Shown here: positions 56,101-64,000 of the stretch, in pieces | Numbering within the stretch: the stretch's first letter is position 1 | Layout: every line of letters begins with the position of its first letter | Notes under the pieces: generated by a model | Databases searched by the model: none | Told to the model about the DNA's origin: nothing | The model's input: the letters and a program-made list of their open reading frames with translations, nothing else | Virus record (IMG/VR): IMGVR_UViG_3300027365_000012 | From: an uncultured virus (IMG/VR IMGVR_UViG_3300027365_000012) | Lineage: Duplodnaviria; Heunggongvirae; Uroviricota; Caudoviricetes | Reading direction: 5' to 3' (one strand) | Length of the DNA stretch: 64,000 nucleotides | Translations under genes and position numbers: made by a program

Positions 56101-58378
56101 CGTAGGCGTCGAAGGCCGTCAGCTGCACTTCCTGGAACGCCGAGACGACCTGGTTCCAGTCCTTGGACATGGTGTCCTCGATCTTCTCGCGCATGCGCTC
56201 AGCAGCGCCGGCCACGTTGTCGAGCTGGTTGCGCAGGTTCACCAGGTTGTCAGCCTGGTCGACCAGCGCAGCCACCGGCGAGGTAGCGTAGACGCCTACC
56301 AGGTCTTGGATCGCGCCAAGGCGCTCGGCGCCTGATAAGTTGCTCAACGCCTTGCTGAGCTGGGTCACGATGTCCACGAGGCCGCGGGTCTTGCCCTCGG
56401 CGTCCAGTACGGAGATCCCGTACTGCTCCAACATCGCCGCGCCCTTCTTGGTCGGGTTCACCAAGCTGACGAACAGCCGGCGCAGCGCGGTACCGGAGCG
56501 CGATGATTTGATGCCGGAGTTGGCCATGGCTTCGATGGCCGCGACCGTATCGCGCATCGAGATGCCTGCGGTCTGTGCGGCAGGGCCAGCGTAGGTCAGG
56601 GAGTTCGCCAGCTGCTCGATTGTGGTGTTGGAGTTGGTGACCGCGGTCGCCATCACGTCCACCACTTCAGTCAGCTCCTCCGCTGTCTTGCCGAACGTCA
56701 TCATCACGTTGGTGGCGATGTCAGCGGACTGGCCCATGCTGATGTTGCCGATCATGGCCAGGTCGAGCGCCGGGCGCAGTGCCAGCACGGCATCACCGGC
56801 TGACAGGCCTGCCATCCCGAGTTCGCCGAGGCCCTCTGCTACCTGAGACGCCGTGTATGCAGTGCTCTGGCCCAGGGCCCTGACTTGCACCTCCATCGCC
56901 GCCATGCTGCCGTTGTCAGACATCCACGCCGGCCTGGAGGTGGACATAATGGCGTCGGCCCGCGCCATGGTTGCGGAGAACTCGGTGCCGACGGTGATGG
57001 CGCTGCGCAAGCCGGCGGCAATAGCATAGGTGGACGACGCCGCCACGATGGTGGCACTGGTGTACATGCCGATGCTGGTGTGCAAGCCCGCGAGGCCGGC
57101 GCGCAGCATCGCTGCCGATTGCGATCCAGTTGCTTGGGCGAGAGACAGCCTCCGCTGGGCATTGGTGAGCCCCAGCAATTCGGCAGTTGTCATGGCCAGC
57201 AGTCGGTTGTACCGCTCCTGCTCGGCGATCTGCCGGCGGGTCTGGGCGAGGTCCCGCCCATAGGTCCCGCTCAATAGGTCGCGCTGTACCTTCAAACGCT
57301 CTAGCTTGTCGATCTCCGACTGCTTGGCCCGGTTCAGCTCAAGCTGGGCCTTGCTCATGCCGTGGGCCGCGCGGGCCTCGTCCAGCAGGGAGTCAGTGGT
57401 GCGCTTGTTGGCTGCTCGCAGAGCTTCCGCCTTGGCGACGGCCTCGGCCTCCGCGCGGGTCATGCGATGCAGGCCGTTCGCCACCTCCTGCATAACCTGA
57501 TTCTTGGCCTTCAGCGAGGCAGCTTGGCGGGCCATCTGGGCGTTCTGCTCTGCCTGGGCCTGTGTCAACGCTGATATCGACTGGCGGGCCTTGTCGTCGC
57601 CGAGGATCTGCTTGCGCCGCTCAGCGATCTGCCGCTGCAGCAGGACGATGTCCTGCTCCACTCCGCCGTGCAGACTGGCGTACTGGCGCTCCAGTTCATT
57701 CAGCTTCTCGCGGCGTCGCTCGTCCTCGGAGATTGCCCGGCGATTGGCTGCCAGCCGTACCTGGGCGCTGGCCAGAGCCCTCCCTTCCGCCGAGTCAAGG
57801 CTCTGGATGGCATGCTCAAGCTCGATGGTCTTGAGCTTTCTGGCCTCTTCTGAGTTCAGGATGCGCTGGTTTGTTGCCAGCTTCGCCTTCAGTCGCTGGT
57901 TGTACTGCCCCTCGGCGGTAAGAGCCGCCTGGATGGCTTTCACCAGGTACCGGTTCTGGTTGCTGAGTTCGGCCGTGATGTTGTTGGTACGCTCTGCCCA
58001 CTTGACGAAACTGCTCTTGGCGCCGGTGTCCTTGAGCAGCCGCTCCAGCTCTTTCAGCTCGCCGTTGTACGCGCGGGCGCGCGTCGTCAGGGTCAGGTTG
58101 TCGGCGGCTAGCTTGGAAAATAGCCCCTGGGCGGTGTCTCTAGACCGCTTTACCGCTGCCCCTGCTGCCTCTGCGTCTACCCCAACTCGCTCCAGCGCCT
58201 TCTCCAGCTCGCTGAAGTGTTGGTGCATTTCCTTCATGAGCTTGCCGGCTGCACCCGCCGGGGCCTTTGCTGCCTGCTGGACCTTATCCAGCGATTCTCC
58301 AAGTCCGCGTGTCTTTGCCTGGAACTCCGCCAGCTGCCGAAGCGCTTCGGAAAAGTCGATCTCGAACTTGTTGCTCAT
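53105..58378 (-). CDS. tape measure protein
   Basis: 1757 aa, Ala-rich helical, TP901-like core (YTASQVAEG...GIKSSRSGT). Confidence 0.92.
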   Translation of the reverse strand: MSNKFEIDFSEALRQLAEFQAKTRGLGESLDKVQQAAKAPAGAAGKLMKEMHQHFSELEKALERVGVDAEAAGAAVKRSRDTAQGLFSKLAADNLTLTTRARAYNGELKELERLLKDTGAKSSFVKWAERTNNITAELSNQNRYLVKAIQAALTAEGQYNQRLKAKLATNQRILNSEEARKLKTIELEHAIQSLDSAEGRALASAQVRLAANRRAISEDERRREKLNELERQYASLHGGVEQDIVLLQRQIAERRKQILGDDKARQSISALTQAQAEQNAQMARQAASLKAKNQVMQEVANGLHRMTRAEAEAVAKAEALRAANKRTTDSLLDEARAAHGMSKAQLELNRAKQSEIDKLERLKVQRDLLSGTYGRDLAQTRRQIAEQERYNRLLAMTTAELLGLTNAQRRLSLAQATGSQSAAMLRAGLAGLHTSIGMYTSATIVAASSTYAIAAGLRSAITVGTEFSATMARADAIMSTSRPAWMSDNGSMAAMEVQVRALGQSTAYTASQVAEGLGELGMAGLSAGDAVLALRPALDLAMIGNISMGQSADIATNVMMTFGKTAEELTEVVDVMATAVTNSNTTIEQLANSLTYAGPAAQTAGISMRDTVAAIEAMANSGIKSSRSGTALRRLFVSLVNPTKKGAAMLEQYGISVLDAEGKTRGLVDIVTQLSKALSNLSGAERLGAIQDLVGVYATSPVAALVDQADNLVNLRNQLDNVAGAAERMREKIEDTMSKDWNQVVSAFQEVQLTAFDAYEMKMREGSMRLAQWLVQLTEPIETLADGSTISQLDMILQRAESLAKVIGMVGAGLIAFKAASVGGNLVGALAGDLGKLSTVYDVLKVKAGTAAASVKAFDLAAARAAASARLQYAANQPLAASLSVVSSTARGAVAALGGLSVAMTAVSRALGWVGLIWGIYEAGKAAFGSDARQDLIDQRSEVDNLKSSYEQLKDQMKQVSLEKEKEALRGNIQADQKSIEELRQRNSGIQSSLDAKGAGLDDSTRSSLQAMIEANNYQITQFEKHIEATSKKLAEMGSTAMDAVKSQDAQIAAAQKVVETYERFAEAKASLDARAAAGTVSAADMETLASAERAWKDALAAAAQANTKVVEVRENLVSLGEIAAADAARQGQEALAKQLEASASATQKLVTARGELLRIDNEIAALAKQDQAAIDSGGQRPGQDTYNRLSSRRDEVVKKVAELQAEADTEAQALSDARRALEDFYRSDAENLAVLKEDLADVMLMRVINNQLIAEGGQLGAEASVAEAERLKKELQLRQAIASLEEKLSKPAKKASVDSQLEKDLKQAQSSYDALRKQADPLSASLDEVNEKTAQLTLLHKHGKITAEQKAKAIWQLRKAHYELAIEQNANYQSLEKLRESYLDSPFSESLADMIELNRLLRENNVSLEEYQRIKESIGRKAAESATNGLPSANLQLGEASSTPFSDWMGVEIERAQGLSQYGKRQGDLSTGYGNDVDRIQKEFEARQAALDAEFLQESEHAERLKQLEEEKSSALLQAQQTFADQSRAIDTARVQYAEQMGQMALISMLGSAENILGMFASVGEDATAAQKAAFVAQKALAIAQILMYTHLAAAQAMTIPGDPMKVMGIPLASFITAQGYASAGLVAALSIGQLAGKSGNSGSGSYAGAYDDGGFIPYNSYGIVGEYGPEIVHGPANVTSREKSAKRLAGSGAEYNITLAPQITVQTADGGSGGDANRQARDLTAAVRKTVMDTLQEQTRPNGALDIWIRNQRRA

Positions 58379-58384
58379 GCGTGG

Positions 58385-58765
58385 TTACCTGCGAGGCGGC
58401 CGGCGGGGTTTTTTCTGGCCGGGGGGCTGATCAACGCTGCCTTTGGCCTTTGCGTAGTGGTCGTACAGAACGCCGTTATCGGTCTCTTCCATCGTCCGGA
58501 AAAACAGCGGTCTAAGGTCTTGCTCCAAGTTCAGGACGTGGTCCGCAAACTGGGACATCTCCTGGTACTGCAGCGGCTGGTAGCCGTGTTCGGCATGCTG
58601 CCGCCTCCTGTGCAGGCGGAAGAACGCATCTACCAGCCACCGCATACCCGGCGGTGGCTCGACGAACCCCTCGAGGGCGGGATGTTTTCTCCCGAACTTC
58701 TCCTCGAGGGCCTTCATCGCCTGCAGCCCTTTCGCCCCGTGCGTGATCAGGAAGCGGCAGAATCC
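58385..58765 (-). CDS. tail assembly chaperone T-like part (reached by -1 frameshift)
   Basis: Open in the -1 frame from GGTAAAG at 58771-58765. Confidence 0.65.
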   Translation of the reverse strand, partial: GFCRFLITHGAKGLQAMKALEEKFGRKHPALEGFVEPPPGMRWLVDAFFRLHRRRQHAEHGYQPLQYQEMSQFADHVLNLEQDLRPLFFRTMEETDNGVLYDHYAKAKGSVDQPPGQKKPRRPPRR

Positions 58766-59169
58766 TTTACCGACTCAGCCGCTTGCTCCTCGGCCTTCTC
58801 CCGGTAATTGCCACGGTTCATGGAGAATCGTTCGATGAACTGCAGGAGGTCGCGGAACCGAGGGTCCAGGAGGTAGTCCAGTCCGACTTTCGGGGTGTAC
58901 TTCAGCGGTTTTCCGCCTTTGGCTACACCTTCCCAGTCCAGTAGCACGGTCTCGGCCAGGACCTTGGCGTTGATCTCATTTGCTACCCGATCGCTTTCTT
59001 CGGTGCCGGCTGTAACTTCGTCCCAGCGCTCCAGGGTCAGCTTGGCCCGCAGCGCGTCAGCCTTGTTCGTGTTGTGGCGGGCGATCTTGAATCGCGCACC
59101 CATGAAGTTGGCCCATACCCCCTCTTCCGCCGCGGTCGGGTCCACTGCCAAGCTATCGATATCGAGCAT
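58747..59169 (-). CDS. tail assembly chaperone G-like
   Basis: Lies between tail tube and TMP; EEGVW...LLDWEGV. Confidence 0.8.
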   Translation of the reverse strand: MLDIDSLAVDPTAAEEGVWANFMGARFKIARHNTNKADALRAKLTLERWDEVTAGTEESDRVANEINAKVLAETVLLDWEGVAKGGKPLKYTPKVGLDYLLDPRFRDLLQFIERFSMNRGNYREKAEEQAAESVKDSAAS

Positions 59170-59254
59170 GTGATTTCCTTGATTGGTTTCTGTATGAAGA
59201 TGGCCGCCATCCTAATGGATGCGCGGCCATATTTACAGCTTTACAGGTTTGCGC

Positions 59255-60289
59255 TTACGGCTTCGCCACGTAGACGACGGCGATCGCGCAGGTGCGCGTA
59301 ACAGCGCCGACGGTGACCTCACCTTTCTCCGCGGTCAGCGTCAGCGAGGTCTTGTAGTCCTGGTTCTCGCCGTCGGCGCTGTTGGAGGGGCTCTGCGACA
59401 CCAGGTTCGGCAGGTAGATGGTGAAGGTGCCGTCAGCGGTCTCGATCGTCATCTCGGCGGAGAGGCGCTTGTTCTTCATGTGCGCGTCGAGCATGGTCTG
59501 GTCGAAGAAGTAGATCTCGCCGGACAGCGACACCCCGACCTTGCCCATGCCGACGCCGGCGGCGAACTCATGGCCGAGGCCGGGCTGCTCGCGCACGTTG
59601 TTCTGCACCTGCAACGAGGCGTCGGAGAACACAACTTCCAGCGGGGTGCCGCTGGGGTCCTTGATCACCAGGTTCTTCAGGTTGCTCGAGCTGTCGGCGA
59701 TCTCGTAGTCGGCGGGCACCAACTTGGCGGTTGCCAGACTGCCGCCGAGGCCGTTGGCCCCCGCTGCTGCACTGCTGTAGTCGGCGAACATCGAGATCGT
59801 GTTCAGCGCCATCGTGATCAGTTCACCGTCACCGAACTCCAAGGTGAAGTCGTTCACCATGGTTCCGTAGTAACGCTCATGGAACAGCAGGTCGGTCTCT
59901 GCTGGTCCACTCTTTACGGTTTTCTCGACCGCCATGAACTTCTTGATGTCGCTGTCGGTGATGAAGACGCCCTTGCTGGTGTCCAGATCGTCCACCGGCG
60001 CCCATTCAGCCATCAGTCCGAGCGAAAGCATGTCCTGGATGAATGGAGTTGCGCCGAATTCAGTCGTCACCGCGCCGGACGCACTGCCTTTCGTGTTTTT
60101 GGAGTTGCTCTGGCGGCGGTCATTGGTGATGGCCGTAGAGGTCTTTGCCTCTTTCGCCATGTTGAACCCCTCGGTGGTGAAGGGAATAAGGTTGAAAGTG
60201 ACGCCTGCGAAATCACCCGCGGCGACCCCGTCGCCGATCGCGTATGCCAGCGAAACGGCGGAAGTATCAGTGAAGCTCTTGACTGGCAT
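59255..60289 (-). CDS. major tail tube protein
   Basis: Position upstream of chaperones and TMP; beta-rich composition, strong codon bias. Confidence 0.8.
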   Translation of the reverse strand: MPVKSFTDTSAVSLAYAIGDGVAAGDFAGVTFNLIPFTTEGFNMAKEAKTSTAITNDRRQSNSKNTKGSASGAVTTEFGATPFIQDMLSLGLMAEWAPVDDLDTSKGVFITDSDIKKFMAVEKTVKSGPAETDLLFHERYYGTMVNDFTLEFGDGELITMALNTISMFADYSSAAAGANGLGGSLATAKLVPADYEIADSSSNLKNLVIKDPSGTPLEVVFSDASLQVQNNVREQPGLGHEFAAGVGMGKVGVSLSGEIYFFDQTMLDAHMKNKRLSAEMTIETADGTFTIYLPNLVSQSPSNSADGENQDYKTSLTLTAEKGEVTVGAVTRTCAIAVVYVAKP

Positions 60290-60293
60290 AGGC

Positions 60294-60728
60294 CTACCCT
60301 CTCGAGATGTCGAAGTCAAAGTTGAGCACGCCGCTGTACGACGTGAATCCCATCACCTTCGTCGTGCTCAACGGGGTGAAGGTGCGAAACCGGATACCCC
60401 GGATCGTCTTTTCAGCAAACCAGTTGGAGACTCCCTCCAGCCGGCGCCTGTTTGGTATCTCCTGCAGGCTGTCCTTGGTCAGCAAGCTGACCACCAACTC
60501 CCCTCCGCAGCGGGTCGGGGAGACTGCGCTGACACCGGCTCGCTTGGTGTCTACAAGCTCTGCCTCGAACAGAAAAAACTCCTCGTTCTGGTCGAACAGG
60601 GGCCCGGCCTGCAGGTCTCCGACGTCCGCATCGTCGGTGAAACTGAACGCGAATCGCGTTCCTGGCGTGACCTGTTCAAACACGATCTCGCGGATGAACG
60701 CGAGCGAATCAGTCATGGACTGCAGCAT
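60294..60728 (-). CDS. putative tail terminator/completion protein
   Basis: Synteny. Confidence 0.55.
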   Translation of the reverse strand: MLQSMTDSLAFIREIVFEQVTPGTRFAFSFTDDADVGDLQAGPLFDQNEEFFLFEAELVDTKRAGVSAVSPTRCGGELVVSLLTKDSLQEIPNRRRLEGVSNWFAEKTIRGIRFRTFTPLSTTKVMGFTSYSGVLNFDFDISRG

Positions 60729-61246
60729 CAGAGCGGTACCTTTCTCGTGTTGCCGGCGATGATCCGGCGGGCCGCGGCGGCGAGTGTCCGATTCACGGCT
60801 TCGGTCCCGGCCGCCTCGATACGCGCGTTGGCGGAATACTCGTCTTCTCCGCCGACTGCGTTGTAGAAGTAGAACTTGAACTCAGGCCGCCGGCCGGACA
60901 CCAGGTCTTCCAGGACCTCTTTAAGCTCTCGCTCGCGGACGAATCGCACGGTGGTCGGCAGGTTGATCCCGCCGTCACGCCGGTAACCGACAGGGGGGAC
61001 TGGAGCCCTCCCGCCTTTGGTGCCGCGCAAGTCTCGCACCTTGCCAAGTTTGCGCTGCCATGGGCGGCTCTTCCCCTCTCCGGCAAGCATCCAGTGCGCC
61101 GCCGCGTTGGACGAGTCGTGTTTCGTTGCCTTTACCGCGGCTTCCAGGCCTTCTAGTAGCGCTGAGCGGATAGCTCTGTTGAACAACTGCCCAACAAAAT
61201 CGGCCATTTGGTTCGCCTGGGCGGTGAACTTCTTACTGCCGGCCAT
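60728..61246 (-). CDS. putative neck/tail completion protein
   Basis: Synteny; HDSSNAAAHW resembles the gp10-like DTG..R..W motif. Confidence 0.55.
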   Translation of the reverse strand: MAGSKKFTAQANQMADFVGQLFNRAIRSALLEGLEAAVKATKHDSSNAAAHWMLAGEGKSRPWQRKLGKVRDLRGTKGGRAPVPPVGYRRDGGINLPTTVRFVRERELKEVLEDLVSGRRPEFKFYFYNAVGGEDEYSANARIEAAGTEAVNRTLAAAARRIIAGNTRKVPL

Positions 61247-62148
61247 CACTGGCACCTCAAAATGTACTGCCTCTCGCCGGGTTGCGTTGACACCTGGCGG
61301 ATAACGCGACGTCGTCCATCGATCTCGAGGGCCATCGTCGACGGCGCCGGTTTGAAACCTATGTGCTTGCTGTCGATCACCACCTCGAAGTAGTTCTCCG
61401 AGTCGGTGGCCCACAGTGCAAAGTCGCGGTATTTGGTGAGCACGCCGGTGACGTTGTAGGCCGTGCTGGTCGCGTCGTATGCGTGGGTTGCCCTGTTGTA
61501 GGCCTTGCCTCCCTCGACGTGCAGGACGAAGTTCAGCCGGTGGTCAGGCTCCTCGTCCACACGCAGGCCTGCCAGCCCACTATCCGGAAACGTGTCTACG
61601 ACGCGGTAGCGCTTTCCGTGAAGCTCGAGAAAATCCCACTCTTCGCACCGGATATGCGCCGGAAGGAAGGCGAAGAAATTCTCCACCTTGACTTCATAGG
61701 TGTCCGCCTCGTTGGCGCTTGTGCGGAACTCCAGGTCGACGAACGCCCTGGCTACCTGCTGCTCCACCAGCCAGCCTGGATTGTCTGCCGGGCCCGCCGG
61801 AGACTTACGGTAAATGGTGGCCAGCCCGGCGCTTCCGTTCGGTTCGTCGGTGGCCAGGTGGCACACCGTCAGGTCAACGTATGGCTGGCCGTCAAGCGCG
61901 TCCGATCGGGTCTGGCCAAGCAGGTAAACCTGACCAGTGCCAGGGTGCCGGAACGTACGGCTAGCCGGAAAGGTGGTGCCGAACTCGGTGTAGAGCATCC
62001 GCCGGCGTAGTGGCTTGTTGAAGTTCGACAGGAAGCGGTCGGTCAGATCAATGCGGCCGATGAACCCAGGGACGAACGATTCAGTGGTCTCGTCCCAGGC
62101 CTCCATTGGCTCGGTGATCTTCCTCGCTGCGATCTTGTTAAGAAACAT
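61246..62148 (-). CDS. putative head-tail joining protein
   Basis: Synteny, coupled ORF. Confidence 0.55.
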   Translation of the reverse strand: MFLNKIAARKITEPMEAWDETTESFVPGFIGRIDLTDRFLSNFNKPLRRRMLYTEFGTTFPASRTFRHPGTGQVYLLGQTRSDALDGQPYVDLTVCHLATDEPNGSAGLATIYRKSPAGPADNPGWLVEQQVARAFVDLEFRTSANEADTYEVKVENFFAFLPAHIRCEEWDFLELHGKRYRVVDTFPDSGLAGLRVDEEPDHRLNFVLHVEGGKAYNRATHAYDATSTAYNVTGVLTKYRDFALWATDSENYFEVVIDSKHIGFKPAPSTMALEIDGRRRVIRQVSTQPGERQYILRCQ

Positions 62149-62626
62149 CGCTGCGGGCCTCGGTGACTGGGTCACGCGCAGGGGTTACGCGAGAGATCAC
62201 GGTCATTACTGCAGCTGACTGCTGAGAGCCGAGGACCTCGAGCAGCTGTTCCCGGAAGCCTGCAGCCTTGGCCAGCATCGATTTCTGCAACCAGAGGAAG
62301 CCCTCTTGGTCGCTGCGCTGGCCCTCGTTGGATCCGTCCGTGCTCTTGGTCAGCACGAACACAGGCGCCGTGGCAGCTACCGCCGCGGCGCAGAAATACT
62401 TGGAGAACAGGCGAAGCAGCCGGTACTTCTTAAAATCCTCTGCCGCTGCCTGCTCTGCCTGGCCTGCCGTGATCATGGCCTGCCAATCTCCTGCCCACCC
62501 GTCCAGCTCAACCGCCAGGTCGTCGTCCAGTCCGTACGACGCCATGGTTTCGTCAGGCAGGTCTGCCTGTGACACCGTCAGGACTCCGCGGATCTGGTCG
62601 AACGTGGTCAGGCTGAACAGGGGCAT
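62138..62626 (-). CDS. putative head-tail connector/adaptor
   Basis: Synteny downstream of the capsid gene. Confidence 0.55.
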   Translation of the reverse strand: MPLFSLTTFDQIRGVLTVSQADLPDETMASYGLDDDLAVELDGWAGDWQAMITAGQAEQAAAEDFKKYRLLRLFSKYFCAAAVAATAPVFVLTKSTDGSNEGQRSDQEGFLWLQKSMLAKAAGFREQLLEVLGSQQSAAVMTVISRVTPARDPVTEARSDVS

Positions 62627-62627
62627 G

Positions 62628-62942
62628 TCAGACTCGCTTCAGCAGGCGGGCTTTGAGCTGGTTAGCCAGCCAGCCGTCGTTCAGCAGTGCCTTCTCGGCC
62701 TTCGGGCCGATGGACAAGCCGGACGAGTGTTGGTACAGGGTCGAGTGGGTCAGGTTGACCACCTTGACCAGTGCCTGGGCAGGAGTTTCCTTCACCTCGG
62801 GCACTTCCGGCTCCGGCGCGGGCTCTTCCTTCACTTCCGGCTCCGGCGTGGGCTCTTCCTTCACCGCTGCGGCTTTTGCCTCGGCGTCCAGGGCTGCTTC
62901 CGCCTTGGCCAGCTCAGCTGCTTCATTCTTCTTCAAAGCCAT
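62628..62942 (-). CDS. hypothetical virion-associated protein
   Basis: AGGAG RBS; EP-rich linker with a 30-bp duplication. Confidence 0.6.
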   Translation of the reverse strand: MALKKNEAAELAKAEAALDAEAKAAAVKEEPTPEPEVKEEPAPEPEVPEVKETPAQALVKVVNLTHSTLYQHSSGLSIGPKAEKALLNDGWLANQLKARLLKRV

Positions 62943-62987
62943 AACTGCTCTCCTGTAGATGGGCCGGCATGGCCGGCCCCTGCTCCA

Positions 62988-64000
62988 TTACGCCTCGAGG
63001 CTGACCACCGACCAGGCCTCGTCGTAGAGACGGGTCGACATCTCGCCGAAGTCGACGCGGAAGCCGGTCGCCTTGCGCATCACGTACTCTTCGATCGCAT
63101 CGTAGGAAGCCGACACGTTGACGAAGCGCTGGATGGCGTAGCGCGGGTCAAGGCCAACCAGGTGCGCGGCGCCGAACACGTCAGCGTCCACCGGCACGAT
63201 GCGAGGCTGGGTGATACCCAGGTTCAGACCGCCCCACGGTGCGACGATCTTGGACGAGTCGGTACCGGTGACCTTCGGCAGCAGGGCGTCATCGATGTTG
63301 ATGGCGGTGTCGATGTCGGTCAGCACCTGGCTCAGGTTGCAGACCTTCTGCTTGCTGTGCAGCCACTTGATGAAGGCGCGCTTGGTGATCACACCGTTGG
63401 TGGTGATCGAGCTGTCGAACTCGCTGATCTTGGTCACCGGCAGGGCGCTGATGCCGGCATCTACGTCTCCCTGGACCATGGACTTCAACTGCTCCATGGC
63501 GCGGCGGATGCGATCGCCGCGGGACTGCGCTTCCATCACCGTACGAACCAGGTCGATAGTGGTGGCGGCCATGGCCTCGTCGGAAATCATCAGACCAATA
63601 GAGTTGGTCGGGATGCGGTACGACTTGTCGCCGGTGGTGATGGAGATCATGGTCTCCGGCTCCGCCAGCTGGGCGATACGACCGCTGCGGCTGCCTTCCG
63701 GTGCAGTGGTGTCGATGATCGGCTGGTCGGCCTTGGTGCCGTTGATGTTGCGGCTGACACCGATCAGGCTTTCCCAGACCGCCAGAATGTCGCTGCCGTC
63801 GTCACGCAGGGCATCGGCCTGCATGGTTTCCAGGATCAGCTGCGGGTACAGCAGGCGGGCGCCCAGGCTGTTGTCGCTGCCATCGGGGCGGCGGAAGCCG
63901 TCGGCCAGCTGGGCCTTGGCGATGTCCTGCAGGGTCATTGCCGGCATGCCGAACTTCTGGCCGTCCAGCAGGCCGGAGTTGGCGTACATCTGGTCGAGCG
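62988..64000 (-). CDS. major capsid protein (5' end outside the window)
   Basis: Frame open to the window edge, strong codon bias, position upstream of head-tail genes. Confidence 0.65.
   Translation of the reverse strand, partial: LDQMYANSGLLDGQKFGMPAMTLQDIAKAQLADGFRRPDGSDNSLGARLLYPQLILETMQADALRDDGSDILAVWESLIGVSRNINGTKADQPIIDTTAPEGSRSGRIAQLAEPETMISITTGDKSYRIPTNSIGLMISDEAMAATTIDLVRTVMEAQSRGDRIRRAMEQLKSMVQGDVDAGISALPVTKISEFDSSITTNGVITKRAFIKWLHSKQKVCNLSQVLTDIDTAINIDDALLPKVTGTDSSKIVAPWGGLNLGITQPRIVPVDADVFGAAHLVGLDPRYAIQRFVNVSASYDAIEEYVMRKATGFRVDFGEMSTRLYDEAWSVVSLEA

Larger units (their letters stand above)
809..59246. promoter_or_regulatory. dispersed family of about 20 operator-like arrays, core CTGTAWWTACAG, 8-bp phased
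   Basis: Starts at 809, 1761, 4720, 6450, 7094, 8732, 9351, 11732/11754, 12841, 13865, 17765, 20291, 21268, 24967, 30654, 32036, 38488, 45811, 52743, 59227. Confidence 0.85.

Noticed and set aside
1..64000. Integrated prophage with host flanks
   Set aside because: No host genes are present, and the att site has phage genes on both sides.

Overview
About 64 kb of a GC-rich, temperate, lambda-like-tailed (siphovirus-type) phage, probably infecting Pseudomonas or a relative (inferred from GC/codon style and the LepA fragment). It appears to be in the excised/virion form because attP is intact. Layout: (i) 1-10.1 kb, a rightward cluster of small early genes, including ArdA, NinX-like and Xis genes; (ii) a leftward P4-type tyrosine integrase, followed by an attP that carries a replacement 5' end of host lepA; (iii) ArsR and ribbon-helix-helix (RHH) regulators; (iv) 13.9-36.7 kb, an unusually complete replication and nucleotide-metabolism operon (Dda-like helicase, AEP primase-helicase, SNF2 helicase, Acb2 anti-CBASS sponge, ThyX, NrdB/NrdA, three-domain PolA, exonuclease, dNMP kinase, resolvase, ligase, SbcCD, dUTPase); (v) 36.7-64 kb, leftward lysis, tail fibre, tail, head-tail and capsid genes. 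The most striking unexplained signal is about 20 dispersed arrays of CTGT/ACAG tetramer boxes separated by 4-bp AT-rich spacers in 8-bp phase (core CTGTAWWTACAG). They sit at gene junctions across early, middle and late regions and over the promoter of a ParG-like RHH gene, which suggests a genome-wide operator or 'stoperator' system. All functional calls come from motif recognition by eye; no database searches were run.
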